DNA of 64,000 nucleotides from a virus. Its lineage: Duplodnaviria; Caudoviricetes. Each line of letters begins with the position of its first letter. Within the stretch, counting starts at the first letter, position 1. The position numbers and the translations under genes are program-made. The notes beneath the pieces are model-generated. The model did not search any database. It saw only the letters and a program-made list of their open reading frames with translations, and had not been told where the DNA came from. The stretch is from positions 1-64,000 of the IMG/VR virus record IMGVR_UViG_3300037400_001189. One strand, 5' to 3'. Below, piece by piece: positions 27,752 to 36,596 of the stretch.

Positions 27752-29962
27752 CTACTCCTGCCAGTTCCATCTGGATATCTGCCTCTCTAAAGCCAGCAGC
27801 CTGTCTTCAGGAAAAGGCTTTACCCAGTAGGAACTGATTTGATGAACAAGATCTAGTGCATAGTTCAAGTCTGCTCCAAGCTCTCTTGCATACTTTACAG
27901 CCCATATAAGCTTTCTGGAGCCTTCTCCATCCTTAGCCTGAAATGCCTGTTCAAAGGTGCTTAATGGATTCTCAAGCATCTTGCTACAGGAACTTTTTGT
28001 AGGAGCTTTCTTAGGAGCTACAGGCTGTGCAGCAAGAAGATCTAGTACAGGCTTTACGTCAAATGGTTCTGCTTCCAGATTCTCCAAGAGAGTGAAAGCA
28101 GACTTTGCATAGCTGAAGAATATCTGGCTCTTTGGAAGCAAATCGCAGTTTAGTCCCAGTTCATTGGATACCAGTTCAAGAAACAGTCTCCATTGAATGT
28201 CTGGAACATCTATTACGCAGGACAGTTCCAGCAGCACTCTATACTTGCTTTCATTGTCTGGATTGGATGTACGGCATATGAAATGCCTTATGTCTCCTAG
28301 AAGCAGATGGGCTTCTGCATCAACTATTTCTGAATCGTCAATGTCAAGTACAAGCCATTTAGTTCCTCCTTCTATATTCTCTTTAGATCTTACTCCATTG
28401 GAGAATACAAAGTTTGAATAGGCAAAGTCTCCCTGAAGAAGATTCTTCAAATCCTTGAATTCCACCTCTTCAGATTGATAGCCCATAGCTACCTTGGTAG
28501 CTCTCTGCTGCTTGGTTCCAGATGCTTCTACATATGATACTGTAAGATACAGGGGCTTCTGCAGTTCTTCATAGAATACTTCATCTCCCTTGACAGTATA
28601 GGCTCCATCCTTGTCGAATGAATTAGCAAGCTTAACCAGCTCTTTCATTTGAGTAGTAGAGCTTCCTTTTAAAGAGATAAATCCATGCTTTCTTAGATTA
28701 TGCAGAGACATACTGTATCTGCCATCTAAAGCATACATTCTACAGTAGCTTGTAAAGAGTTCATATGGTTCCTTGACAAGCTCCTTTTCGAACAATCCTA
28801 TGTCTTCAGAGATAAGCTCTACATAGCTGACTGCCTGTATGTAGTGTTCCTGCATGATAGTTGGAGAATACTCCAGAAGAGCCAATGCTCCAGCAAGCTT
28901 GAATGCCTTCCAGTACATGTGCTGTCTGCACAGCTTTGCAATAGGAAACATTGAGTTCATTGGCTTAGCCATTTCCTCGCAGTACTGCTTGTATAGAGTG
29001 CATAGCTCTCTGGCTTCCTTTGACACTGTTAAACAGGAGAATGGACAGGAAACTAGATCAACAGTGAGAGAATCTATGAACGTAGACAGTCTCTCTCTGC
29101 TTTCCTTTGCCTTGTCTTCCATAGCTGTCTGTGCAGCAAGAAGCTCGTCTACAGAATTGTAGTCTAGAACTTCTTCCTGATCATTGGCGAATATGAAGAA
29201 GGATCTTCTGGCAAGTTTAGTAGTGAATTGATCCTTAAACTTTCTTTTAATAGATTCATCAAACAGAAGATGGTCAGGGGATGATATGAACAATGCTGAG
29301 ACGGGAAGATTCTTTATTTCCTTTCCCTGACGTTCTCTGTCCTTCAAGATTTTAACTTCCTTAGTTCCTTCATCATAGAGTTCAGAAATGATCTTGCACA
29401 TTTCCACCATATTGGCATTGGATTCCAGTTCCTGTCCAAATTCTCCTGAATATATGTAGCCTGCTCCCATAGGATTCTCAGCCAAGTCATTTAGATGCTG
29501 AAGAAATCCTTCAGGAGTGGAAACAGCTACAAACAATGGATTAGGAGGCACTAAGAATTCCTTGTAGACTGAAAAGTCATTTGGATTTCTTTTACCTGCC
29601 TCCTTGGCTGCTTCCTTTGCATGTATCCTAGCAAAGTCAGCACGGTATTCATTTATTTTCTCATAGCTAGACTGAAAGCATTTCCGTGCATTTCGCAGAG
29701 AAGAATCTTTTGCTGCACCAGACTTGGCAATGCAGAAGGTAATGGCATTCACTGGTATCATGCTGTCGTTCCAGTGCCTGATGTTGATGCGGAACTGGGA
29801 AGCATACAGCATCAGTTCAGACACTGCAATGGCAGTCTTCATCCGATAGGGAAGAGTGGTAGTTGGAATGGAATCTGCCACTGCCTTTACAATTTCAGGA
29901 AGCTCTCCACTGAATGCTCCACGGCTGTAGAGTTCCTTTTCAAGCATGTCCAGCATGTTCAT
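27752..29962 (-). CDS. DNA primase-like replication protein (N4 gp43-like; DUF3987-type ATPase N-half, primase-like C-half)
   Basis: AKSGAAKDS P-loop-like; LVLDID...CRTS...KYRVLL in the C-half; size similar to N4 gp43. Confidence 0.7.
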   Translation of the reverse strand: MNMLDMLEKELYSRGAFSGELPEIVKAVADSIPTTTLPYRMKTAIAVSELMLYASQFRINIRHWNDSMIPVNAITFCIAKSGAAKDSSLRNARKCFQSSYEKINEYRADFARIHAKEAAKEAGKRNPNDFSVYKEFLVPPNPLFVAVSTPEGFLQHLNDLAENPMGAGYIYSGEFGQELESNANMVEMCKIISELYDEGTKEVKILKDRERQGKEIKNLPVSALFISSPDHLLFDESIKRKFKDQFTTKLARRSFFIFANDQEEVLDYNSVDELLAAQTAMEDKAKESRERLSTFIDSLTVDLVSCPFSCLTVSKEARELCTLYKQYCEEMAKPMNSMFPIAKLCRQHMYWKAFKLAGALALLEYSPTIMQEHYIQAVSYVELISEDIGLFEKELVKEPYELFTSYCRMYALDGRYSMSLHNLRKHGFISLKGSSTTQMKELVKLANSFDKDGAYTVKGDEVFYEELQKPLYLTVSYVEASGTKQQRATKVAMGYQSEEVEFKDLKNLLQGDFAYSNFVFSNGVRSKENIEGGTKWLVLDIDDSEIVDAEAHLLLGDIRHFICRTSNPDNESKYRVLLELSCVIDVPDIQWRLFLELVSNELGLNCDLLPKSQIFFSYAKSAFTLLENLEAEPFDVKPVLDLLAAQPVAPKKAPTKSSCSKMLENPLSTFEQAFQAKDGEGSRKLIWAVKYARELGADLNYALDLVHQISSYWVKPFPEDRLLALERQISRWNWQE

Positions 29963-29964
29963 GT

Positions 29965-30552
29965 CTACACCTCATATGCCACAATAAAGTCTCTATTTAC
30001 AAACTTTCCTGATTCAAATTTGGACATGTAGTAGAGAAGCTCTTCAAGACGTTCTGCTATGGAAAACTCTTCTTTAGGCTTCAGCTTAAGATGACGGCTA
30101 AGATACCTTACATATTCACGGTTTCCTCCACAGAACCTTTTTATCACTCCTTCAAGAGTCTTGATTCCATGTCTCCTTTCATAGTTAAGAAGAGTAATGG
30201 CTCCTGCTCTAAGTCCATAGTGAAGATTCTTGAAGACAATATGCTTGTACTTGTCTACTCCTATCTGTCCCTTCCACTTCTTTCCATTGACATCAACCTT
30301 GATGTTCAATGGATTATTGTTCTGGCAGGAAAGAGTTCCTTCTTTGCCAGCCTTGTAGGAAAGCAGAATAGCTCTTTCTTCATCAGTAACTCCAACTGTT
30401 CTAGTGACAATTTTTGGAGCTTGAGGAACACTGAGCTTTGCGATGGCATTCTCTGCTTTAGTAATCTTTGAAAACCATTGAAGTTCATGGACACTCAAGA
30501 ATCCAAGAACAATAAGAACCATCACTAATTTAAATTTCCAGTTGGATTTCAT
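29965..30552 (-). CDS. Membrane-anchored protein with a lysozyme-like (NNPLNI) domain
   Basis: N-terminal TM; NNNPLNIK...WKGQ...F.....GLRA...LLNY...TLEGVIKRF. Confidence 0.6.
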   Translation of the reverse strand: MKSNWKFKLVMVLIVLGFLSVHELQWFSKITKAENAIAKLSVPQAPKIVTRTVGVTDEERAILLSYKAGKEGTLSCQNNNPLNIKVDVNGKKWKGQIGVDKYKHIVFKNLHYGLRAGAITLLNYERRHGIKTLEGVIKRFCGGNREYVRYLSRHLKLKPKEEFSIAERLEELLYYMSKFESGKFVNRDFIVAYEV

Positions 30553-30561
30553 TTCAGTCTC

Positions 30562-30798
30562 CTAGTCTGAATCTGATATGAAAAGCTTTTTCCAGTCTTC
30601 TTCTGTTATGGTAAGACATTCCCTTTCCAGTTCATCAGGAAAGGGACAGTTAAATACTTCACCTAAAGGACAATGCTTTTCCCATTTTCTTTTCTGCTCA
30701 TTCTGGCCTTCCAGAAGCTGCTCTCCAAATGCATGACATCTCTTGTAGAGCATTTGTGCAGAAAATGGAGTTGGACATGCTACATAGTTCATAGTCAT
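30562..30798 (-). CDS. Hypothetical Cys-containing protein
   Basis: Operon packing; SD upstream. Confidence 0.6.
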   Translation of the reverse strand: MTMNYVACPTPFSAQMLYKRCHAFGEQLLEGQNEQKRKWEKHCPLGEVFNCPFPDELERECLTITEEDWKKLFISDSD

Positions 30799-30861
30799 CC
30801 TTTGCAGCTCTCTCTGTCCTAGGAGGTATTCAATGAACTCTCTCTAGGACAGGAGGCACTG

Positions 30862-31503
30862 CTATTTAAACTTGCATCCAGATACTTCAGTGCATGCATC
30901 GCAGTTGGGTCTGCACAATTCATGCACAGATGGGTAGATTTCCTTGATGGATTCTCTCAACAGTCCAAACAGATCTCTTATCTCTTTCTGTGCTCTAAGG
31001 CATAGCCTTAGCTTGCAGATTTCAACAAAAGCTCTGGCATTCATGCTGAGAATTAAATTGGTGAGAGTGCAGTTGGGAAGAATATATCTGGCATCTTCAG
31101 GCTTTATGCCTTCCTTCAGGAAATGTTCATAAGTCTGCTTTATTAGATTAAGCAGTCCAAAATATGTTTTGCTTATTTCATCATCCTTCTGAAAGCATTC
31201 AGGCACATGCCATTCAGGACTGTCCATAGCTACATATCTCTGGCTTTCCACTGAAAGAGAAATATGCCTATGCCTAGACAGCTGTGCCAGAAGAGCTCTG
31301 GAAACTCCTCTGACGCTCCATGTCAATGGCAGATGCTCTATTAGAGAGTAATGTCCACTTGCCAGAGCCTTTTCCAGACCAATAACGGAAGGAGTTTCCT
31401 TTCCAACGCAGTATGATGCTCCCAGCTGTGCAGCTTCTTCGTTTTGATAGCTATATAGAAGTTTTACTTCCATTAGACCTTTTCTCCATGGCATTCTTAT
31501 CAT
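30862..31503 (-). CDS. thyX: Flavin-dependent thymidylate synthase
   Basis: GHYSLIEH, SRALLAQLSRHRHISLSVESQRY, ARYILP, MNAR, AQKEIR. Confidence 0.95.
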   Translation of the reverse strand: MIRMPWRKGLMEVKLLYSYQNEEAAQLGASYCVGKETPSVIGLEKALASGHYSLIEHLPLTWSVRGVSRALLAQLSRHRHISLSVESQRYVAMDSPEWHVPECFQKDDEISKTYFGLLNLIKQTYEHFLKEGIKPEDARYILPNCTLTNLILSMNARAFVEICKLRLCLRAQKEIRDLFGLLRESIKEIYPSVHELCRPNCDACTEVSGCKFK

Positions 31504-31861
31504 TGTCTTCTTTTATTACATCCATCATCCATTTGTTGGTAAGTGCAGTTAAAGTTTCGAGAAGGTTGGTTCCCATGGTTGCAACCTTCTCGTTGTTTAC
31601 CACAGCCGGGACTATGTACATGGCTGCTAGAAGCTTCGTATCTGGCAAGAGGGTCTTCCCCGCAACCAAAATGCTCAATATCAGCAAAGCACGTTTAGCA
31701 TGCTTCCAAAATCCGTCTGGAATGTCAGAACTATCATGGCGATTTAAGAAAACAGCCATTCCAACAGCCCCTATGACTGTAACGGATGCAAATATTGAGA
31801 AACCAAGCACTGCATGAATATTGTCAAGAATGCCTATCAGATACACTTCTAGAGCAGTCAT
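31451..31861 (-). CDS. Phage membrane protein
   Basis: Two to three hydrophobic segments. Confidence 0.7.
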   Translation of the reverse strand: MTALEVYLIGILDNIHAVLGFSIFASVTVIGAVGMAVFLNRHDSSDIPDGFWKHAKRALLILSILVAGKTLLPDTKLLAAMYIVPAVVNNEKVATMGTNLLETLTALTNKWMMDVIKEDNDKNAMEKRSNGSKTSI

Positions 31862-31869
31862 GCTTCCTC

Positions 31870-32055
31870 CTAGGCTACGGGTAGATCTACTACTAGATCG
31901 ACATTATCGACTTCACCTACAGTTTCATCGCCTTTCTTGCCAATCATGGTAAGATTGGTTTCATCAACTTCAGGAGAATTTGGATTGAGAGATTTAAGCT
32001 GGTCATTGAGAACCTTGACAAACTGATCTTTGCCAAACCTAACTGATACTTGCAT
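31870..32055 (-). CDS. Hypothetical protein
   Basis: GGAGG SD; operon packing. Confidence 0.6.
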   Translation of the reverse strand: MQVSVRFGKDQFVKVLNDQLKSLNPNSPEVDETNLTMIGKKGDETVGEVDNVDLVVDLPVA

Positions 32056-32056
32056 T

Positions 32057-33037
32057 CTAGCCTCCGTAAGTGCGAATTATTTCGTTCATCTTTCTCATGT
32101 AGCGTTGACAGGTAGACTTCTTGATGCCCATCTTCTTACAAATCTGGGCTTCAGAAAGACCATCTGTCTTAACGTACTTGTACAGATCCTTGTAACGTCC
32201 AGTAAGATACCTAGGACAGTCATCCTCTTCTGGAAGAAGATCAGATTCCTCTTCATATTCCTCCTCTTCAGCACGAAGAAGATTAGTGTCTCCAATGGTA
32301 TCATACTCTCTGAGCTTCTTCAGCTTAATAGCTTCATTAGCCTTTTCTTCGAGAATAGCCACTGTCTTGTACTTCCTGCACCTTCCCTTAGAGAAGTTGT
32401 AGTCGTCAGGAATGGCTACAATGTCCCTAGGATCAACTTCTACTGCAATGACCGTATCTCCGCTGAAGCAGTTGAGATAGCTGTAGGAGCAGAAGTGAAG
32501 GCCATTGGAGCATGTCCTAGTGCGATCTGTATCGAATTCCTTCTCTTCAGTGTATTGGCCTACTGCATGCTGAGTAGTTCCATCATGGCAGGAAGTAAGA
32601 TCTGAATTCACTCTCTTGTAGGCAATAAGATTGCCTTCTCTAGTGATTTCAAAATCTCCTGCTTCGCAGAATTCATACAGTTCAGTAAGACAGTTGATGA
32701 ACTTGTTTTGAAGAATCTTCATCAGGAAAGGCTTTACAGGCTCGATGTCTGCGTTTTCAGAAATCATGCCTCTCTTAACGAGAAGCTTGATAAAGTTGGA
32801 AAGCTCGTTCCTGCTGACGATTTCAGTGCCGTCTTCAGTAACTGGAATTCCATTCTTTACCTTGACAGTGCCAAGAATGATAAGCTTGGTGCTTTCAAAA
32901 TAGTTTCGTATGAAAGCTTCATCGTCATTGACTGCAGCTTTATACACCCTGTTGAAATTAGGTTCATCGGAAGAAATGGAATAGAGCTCTCCGTCAAGAA
33001 CGATGGTAAGCATTCCGTCTGTCTTGATGTAAGTCAT
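32057..33037 (-). CDS. rIIB: RIIB-like protein
   Basis: LIAYKRV, RTCSNGLHFCS, VEVDPRDIVAIPDDYNFSKGRC; adjacent to rIIA as in N4. Confidence 0.88.
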   Translation of the reverse strand: MTYIKTDGMLTIVLDGELYSISSDEPNFNRVYKAAVNDDEAFIRNYFESTKLIILGTVKVKNGIPVTEDGTEIVSRNELSNFIKLLVKRGMISENADIEPVKPFLMKILQNKFINCLTELYEFCEAGDFEITREGNLIAYKRVNSDLTSCHDGTTQHAVGQYTEEKEFDTDRTRTCSNGLHFCSYSYLNCFSGDTVIAVEVDPRDIVAIPDDYNFSKGRCRKYKTVAILEEKANEAIKLKKLREYDTIGDTNLLRAEEEEYEEESDLLPEEDDCPRYLTGRYKDLYKYVKTDGLSEAQICKKMGIKKSTCQRYMRKMNEIIRTYGG

Positions 33038-33046
33038 TTGACCTCC

Positions 33047-35365
33047 CTACAGATGGTTTTTGTTGTTTAAAATGAAATTGGCAATCCTGTACTGGTCTTC
33101 CTTGCTAGGAAACCTGTAGCTGCTTCTCCTCTCGGAGAAATAGTTATAAAACTTTGCCAGTCTAGGCAGAATGGCAATGTTTCTGTACTCGCATATCCTG
33201 ACTGTGGAAGAACCTTTGAAAAATCTTTCCATTAGGTCTGTCATGCTGTCATACAAGCTATCCAGTGAATTTCTAGCTATCTTTTCTATAAAAGACAGAT
33301 ACATCTCATGCATTTTATAGATATAGCTGCTTTTCAGTCTTCTTATAAGACTGAGATGCAGCTTTATGCCTCTCTGCCTTCTGATTTCATGATCTTCAGT
33401 AAACATTTTGCTTACGAAATAAAGTTCAGAGATGTCTACAGAACGAGACTTTATGTACATGGATATGCTCATTGCCTTTACGTCTTCTATCAGCTTGTTA
33501 AAGTCCAAAGGCTTCAATCCCATGTCTAGTGCCTGTTTATAGCCTCTTGAAGACAGAAAAAGAACATGATGCTTGGAATTTACATCATTTATTCCTTTTA
33601 CATTGATGCCTTGATTTGCCAATGCTTCGTCAACTGCAATGTTTCCTTTGGAATTTGTAATCTTGCGGTTGAATAGAAACATAAGGGCTCTAAGGTCTTC
33701 AAGATGTGGACAGTCCTTCTTTAATGCAACTCCAATTACGTTCCAGCTGTTTACCTGCTTTTCCAGAGTAGAATCTCTGAAATACATTGGACATGCATTG
33801 TTGTAGTTGGACATTTCAATAACGCCTACAAGAGTGTTCACAGGAGCAGAAGGAGTTTTTCTTTTTGCTGGAGCACTCTTGAACTTCCTAAGGAAAGTCT
33901 TTATCGGCATTATCTGAATGTCGAAATTAAGCTCTGGAATGCTATTGTAAGTCCAAACTATGTTTTTAAGATACTGAATTGCTTCTTTAGGTTCTATTCC
34001 AGTAGCACAGGGAATTCCTTTAGTTAAAGCATGTGCACATATTGGATATTCACTGTCATTGGGATGATTAAGCCAACGGTCATAATTAAATCCCTTTACA
34101 TAGATGTTCATGTCCTTAAAGTCAGGATAGGTTGACATCTTACGTTTTACCTTGCTCCAGTCAGGATCATTTCCTTTTCCAACAACAATTATCATTGGAA
34201 TATCATCTCTTACGGATGACTCTGAAAGACTGAAATAATCCTTTACATAGCTTTTTATTTCAAACAGTCCTGCTATGTAACCTGTATAGGCAATCTTATG
34301 CATTGACCTGTCTTTATAGGATTTCTGTACATCTATGGAACTGCTGTCTCTGTAGTATGTGTAAGTACTCAGGAAAGACTTAGTTGGAAAATACTTTTTC
34401 CTTAGTGCTTCAGCTATAGGTTCATGAAGATAGGAATTAAACACGAATGTAGAATGAGGTTCAAATTCGTTAAGAATGTTGGACATTAGTTTTTGAACTG
34501 AATTCTTCATTCTAATGAGATTTCTTTTGTTGGATTCACTTTCTGACAAGGCTTCCCTTGAAGGAACTATTTCAAATGTTCCAATGGGAACTTCCACCAC
34601 TGCAGTGAATCCATATAGAGAGATATCTTCCTTGCATTGAAAGATATTCATGCCCTGCTTAATGTAAGGACATGAATTTCTGTATGAACTATTGTCCATA
34701 GCAAGTCTTACCTTGCAGAAGCTGTCTTCATATTCCTTAAAGAATTCTACATATTCTACAGATGCATTGGCTTCTATAGCTTTTCCCAAGTCAGGCTGAT
34801 ACTTAACGTACTTGCAGAATTCATAGTAGAAGTCTTTGTCTCCTTCAGGAACAGGGATAGTAATCTTAAGGCCATTGCCTTCATCAGTTTCCTTTTCTCC
34901 AATCTTGGTTACCTTAGGATAGCCATTCATCTTAGCCATAAGATACTTTTTGGAAATTCCATTCTGGAAAGATTCAACCATAAAGCTGTCTCCATAGGCA
35001 AATGGAGACTTGGAACCTAAGCCATAGCAGCCTGTGAATTCATTTGAATCACGCTTAGTGGACTTAAAGAAAGTAGTGTACAGATTGAACACTTCTTCTT
35101 CAGACAGTCCATTGCCGTAGTCCCTGACAATGAATCGGGATTCCATCATGTCTGGAAAGTGGACTTCTATCTTTTTGCTTTCAAGAGTTCCTGCCTCTGC
35201 CATTGCATCGTAGGCATTTGACAGAATCTCCCTGACGATAGCTAAAGTCGTGTTTGAATACAGCCTTGAAGACAGGATGTCGAAGGCAACTGGACTAGCT
35301 TCTATTCCAAAAGACTTGAAAGTGTTCTGGAAATTGGATTCAGTGGCTGCAGTGGCCAGTAGCAT
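33047..35365 (-). CDS. rIIA: RIIA-like protein with an N-terminal GHKL/HATPase domain
   Basis: LSSRLYS...VREILSNAYDA, VRDYGNGLS, GCYGLGSKSPFAY. Confidence 0.9.
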   Translation of the reverse strand: MLLATAATESNFQNTFKSFGIEASPVAFDILSSRLYSNTTLAIVREILSNAYDAMAEAGTLESKKIEVHFPDMMESRFIVRDYGNGLSEEEVFNLYTTFFKSTKRDSNEFTGCYGLGSKSPFAYGDSFMVESFQNGISKKYLMAKMNGYPKVTKIGEKETDEGNGLKITIPVPEGDKDFYYEFCKYVKYQPDLGKAIEANASVEYVEFFKEYEDSFCKVRLAMDNSSYRNSCPYIKQGMNIFQCKEDISLYGFTAVVEVPIGTFEIVPSREALSESESNKRNLIRMKNSVQKLMSNILNEFEPHSTFVFNSYLHEPIAEALRKKYFPTKSFLSTYTYYRDSSSIDVQKSYKDRSMHKIAYTGYIAGLFEIKSYVKDYFSLSESSVRDDIPMIIVVGKGNDPDWSKVKRKMSTYPDFKDMNIYVKGFNYDRWLNHPNDSEYPICAHALTKGIPCATGIEPKEAIQYLKNIVWTYNSIPELNFDIQIMPIKTFLRKFKSAPAKRKTPSAPVNTLVGVIEMSNYNNACPMYFRDSTLEKQVNSWNVIGVALKKDCPHLEDLRALMFLFNRKITNSKGNIAVDEALANQGINVKGINDVNSKHHVLFLSSRGYKQALDMGLKPLDFNKLIEDVKAMSISMYIKSRSVDISELYFVSKMFTEDHEIRRQRGIKLHLSLIRRLKSSYIYKMHEMYLSFIEKIARNSLDSLYDSMTDLMERFFKGSSTVRICEYRNIAILPRLAKFYNYFSERRSSYRFPSKEDQYRIANFILNNKNHL

Positions 35366-35406
35366 TTTAAATTCTCCTTTGCAGTTCTAGTGTCTTCTCA
35401 ATTAAA

Positions 35407-35426
35407 AAGCCTCCTTTCGGAGGCTT
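35407..35426 (-). terminator. Intrinsic terminator after the tRNA pair
   Basis: aagcctcc-tttc-ggaggctt with an A run on the left (+). Confidence 0.75.
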
Positions 35427-35432
35427 GAAATT

Positions 35433-35509
35433 TGGCGGGTCTAGAAGGAGTCGAACCTTCGACCAACAGCTTAGAAGGCTGATGCTCTATCCTACTGAGC
35501 TATAGACCC
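35433..35509 (-). tRNA. tRNA-Arg(UCU)
   Basis: Full cloverleaf GGGTCTA...CT-TCT-AA...GGTTCGACTCC...CCA; AGA looks like the dominant Arg codon here. Confidence 0.95.
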
Positions 35510-35512
35510 TTA

Positions 35513-35596
35513 TGGTACAGGCAGAGGGATTCGAACCCTCATGGCATAAGCCGGAGCATTTTGAGTGCTGTGCGTATTCCATTCCGCCATGCCTGC
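35513..35596 (-). tRNA. tRNA-Leu(CAA)
   Basis: GCAGGCATGGCGGAATGG...CT-CAA-AA, long variable arm, GGTTCGAATCC, CCA end. Confidence 0.95.
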
Positions 35597-35605
35597 ATTG
35601 TAATT

Positions 35606-35740
35606 CTAGTTGTCTCCACCACCTAGATGGAAAAAGAACATGAATGCCATAGCCAGAATTATTGGAGCAAGAATGAAGCAGCAGAACACTCCAGTTCCAG
35701 CTATAGCTGCAGCTATCAAAGTATCAACTATCTGGTTCAT
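35606..35740 (-). CDS. Small membrane protein (44 aa, MNQIVDTLIAAAIAG...)
   Basis: Hydrophobic C-half of track ORF 35606-35941; trimmed to the internal start. Confidence 0.55.
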   Translation of the reverse strand: MNQIVDTLIAAAIAGTGVFCCFILAPIILAMAFMFFFHLGGGDN

Positions 35741-35909
35741 GATCGTTCCTGCCTGTTCTTTCATTAAATTCAAATTCATCTTCAGGTTCCTCTTCCTCAT
35801 ACTCTCCGTCTTCGGAATATTCCCATTCAGTACATGGAAAAGGAATTCCCTTTCCCCAAGTGCAGTGTCCATATGTGTTTTCATATGGACATCCCATTCC
35901 GTAGCACAT
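35724..35909 (-). CDS. Small Cys-rich and acidic protein
   Basis: GGAG SD; MCYGMGCPYE...CTWG...C, acidic tail. Confidence 0.6.
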   Translation of the reverse strand: MCYGMGCPYENTYGHCTWGKGIPFPCTEWEYSEDGEYEEEEPEDEFEFNERTGRNDHEPDS

Positions 35910-35918
35910 GGCTTTCTC

Positions 35919-36113
35919 CTATGCTTCAAATCCTTCAACATCTCTCATGAGCTTGTCATGCTTGTACTGGTATCTTGCTTCCTTTCTCATCTTGGCTAAA
36001 TGCCTTGCCTCCTTCTGCTTTCGTTCCCGCCTCTGCACTTTCTGCTTCAGCTTGTACTCTTCGTCATCGTCATCAATGTCTTCATAGCAGTCGTAGCGGT
36101 AGTAGCGTGACAT
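35919..36113 (-). CDS. Hypothetical charged protein
   Basis: Coupled to the deaminase gene. Confidence 0.6.
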   Translation of the reverse strand: MSRYYRYDCYEDIDDDDEEYKLKQKVQRRERKQKEARHLAKMRKEARYQYKHDKLMRDVEGFEA

Positions 36114-36488
36114 CTAGTCCTCCTTCAGTTTTACGATTTCGCCTTCTTCGTTAGTATAGAAGACGTTCTTTATTCCTATGTAGTTCATCAGCTTTCTGCA
36201 CATCTCGCATGGACATGCATTGCCAAGCCTTTCCTCAGCCCTGCTTATCTTCACGACAAGCATGGAGCAGCCTTTCAGCTTCTTCCATTCCAAACCAAGT
36301 AATGCAGACTGTTCCGCATGTAAAGAGTTCTCGTAGTTTTTATGTTTGAGGGAAGAGGAACGTATCTGGTTCCAGCCAGTAGACAGAATCCTCTTTCCCT
36401 TAAACACGACAGCTCCAAGTTTAACCCTGTAGGTGGATTTCCTAGCAGCTTCTATGGCTGCATGGAGTATGCCTGTAGACAGTGCCAT
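36114..36488 (-). CDS. Zinc-dependent cytidine/dCMP deaminase-fold protein
   Basis: LGAVV...STGWN, HAE, PCEMC. Confidence 0.85.
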   Translation of the reverse strand: MALSTGILHAAIEAARKSTYRVKLGAVVFKGKRILSTGWNQIRSSSLKHKNYENSLHAEQSALLGLEWKKLKGCSMLVVKISRAEERLGNACPCEMCRKLMNYIGIKNVFYTNEEGEIVKLKED

Positions 36489-36596
36489 GGATATGCCCTA
36501 ATTTTGCACGAGGATGGCTTCTCCTGCATTTCTTTTAGCTTCATGGATGATTTATCCTGAAACTTCAGGAAATGCCTTAGAGAGCCTTCTAGGGGC

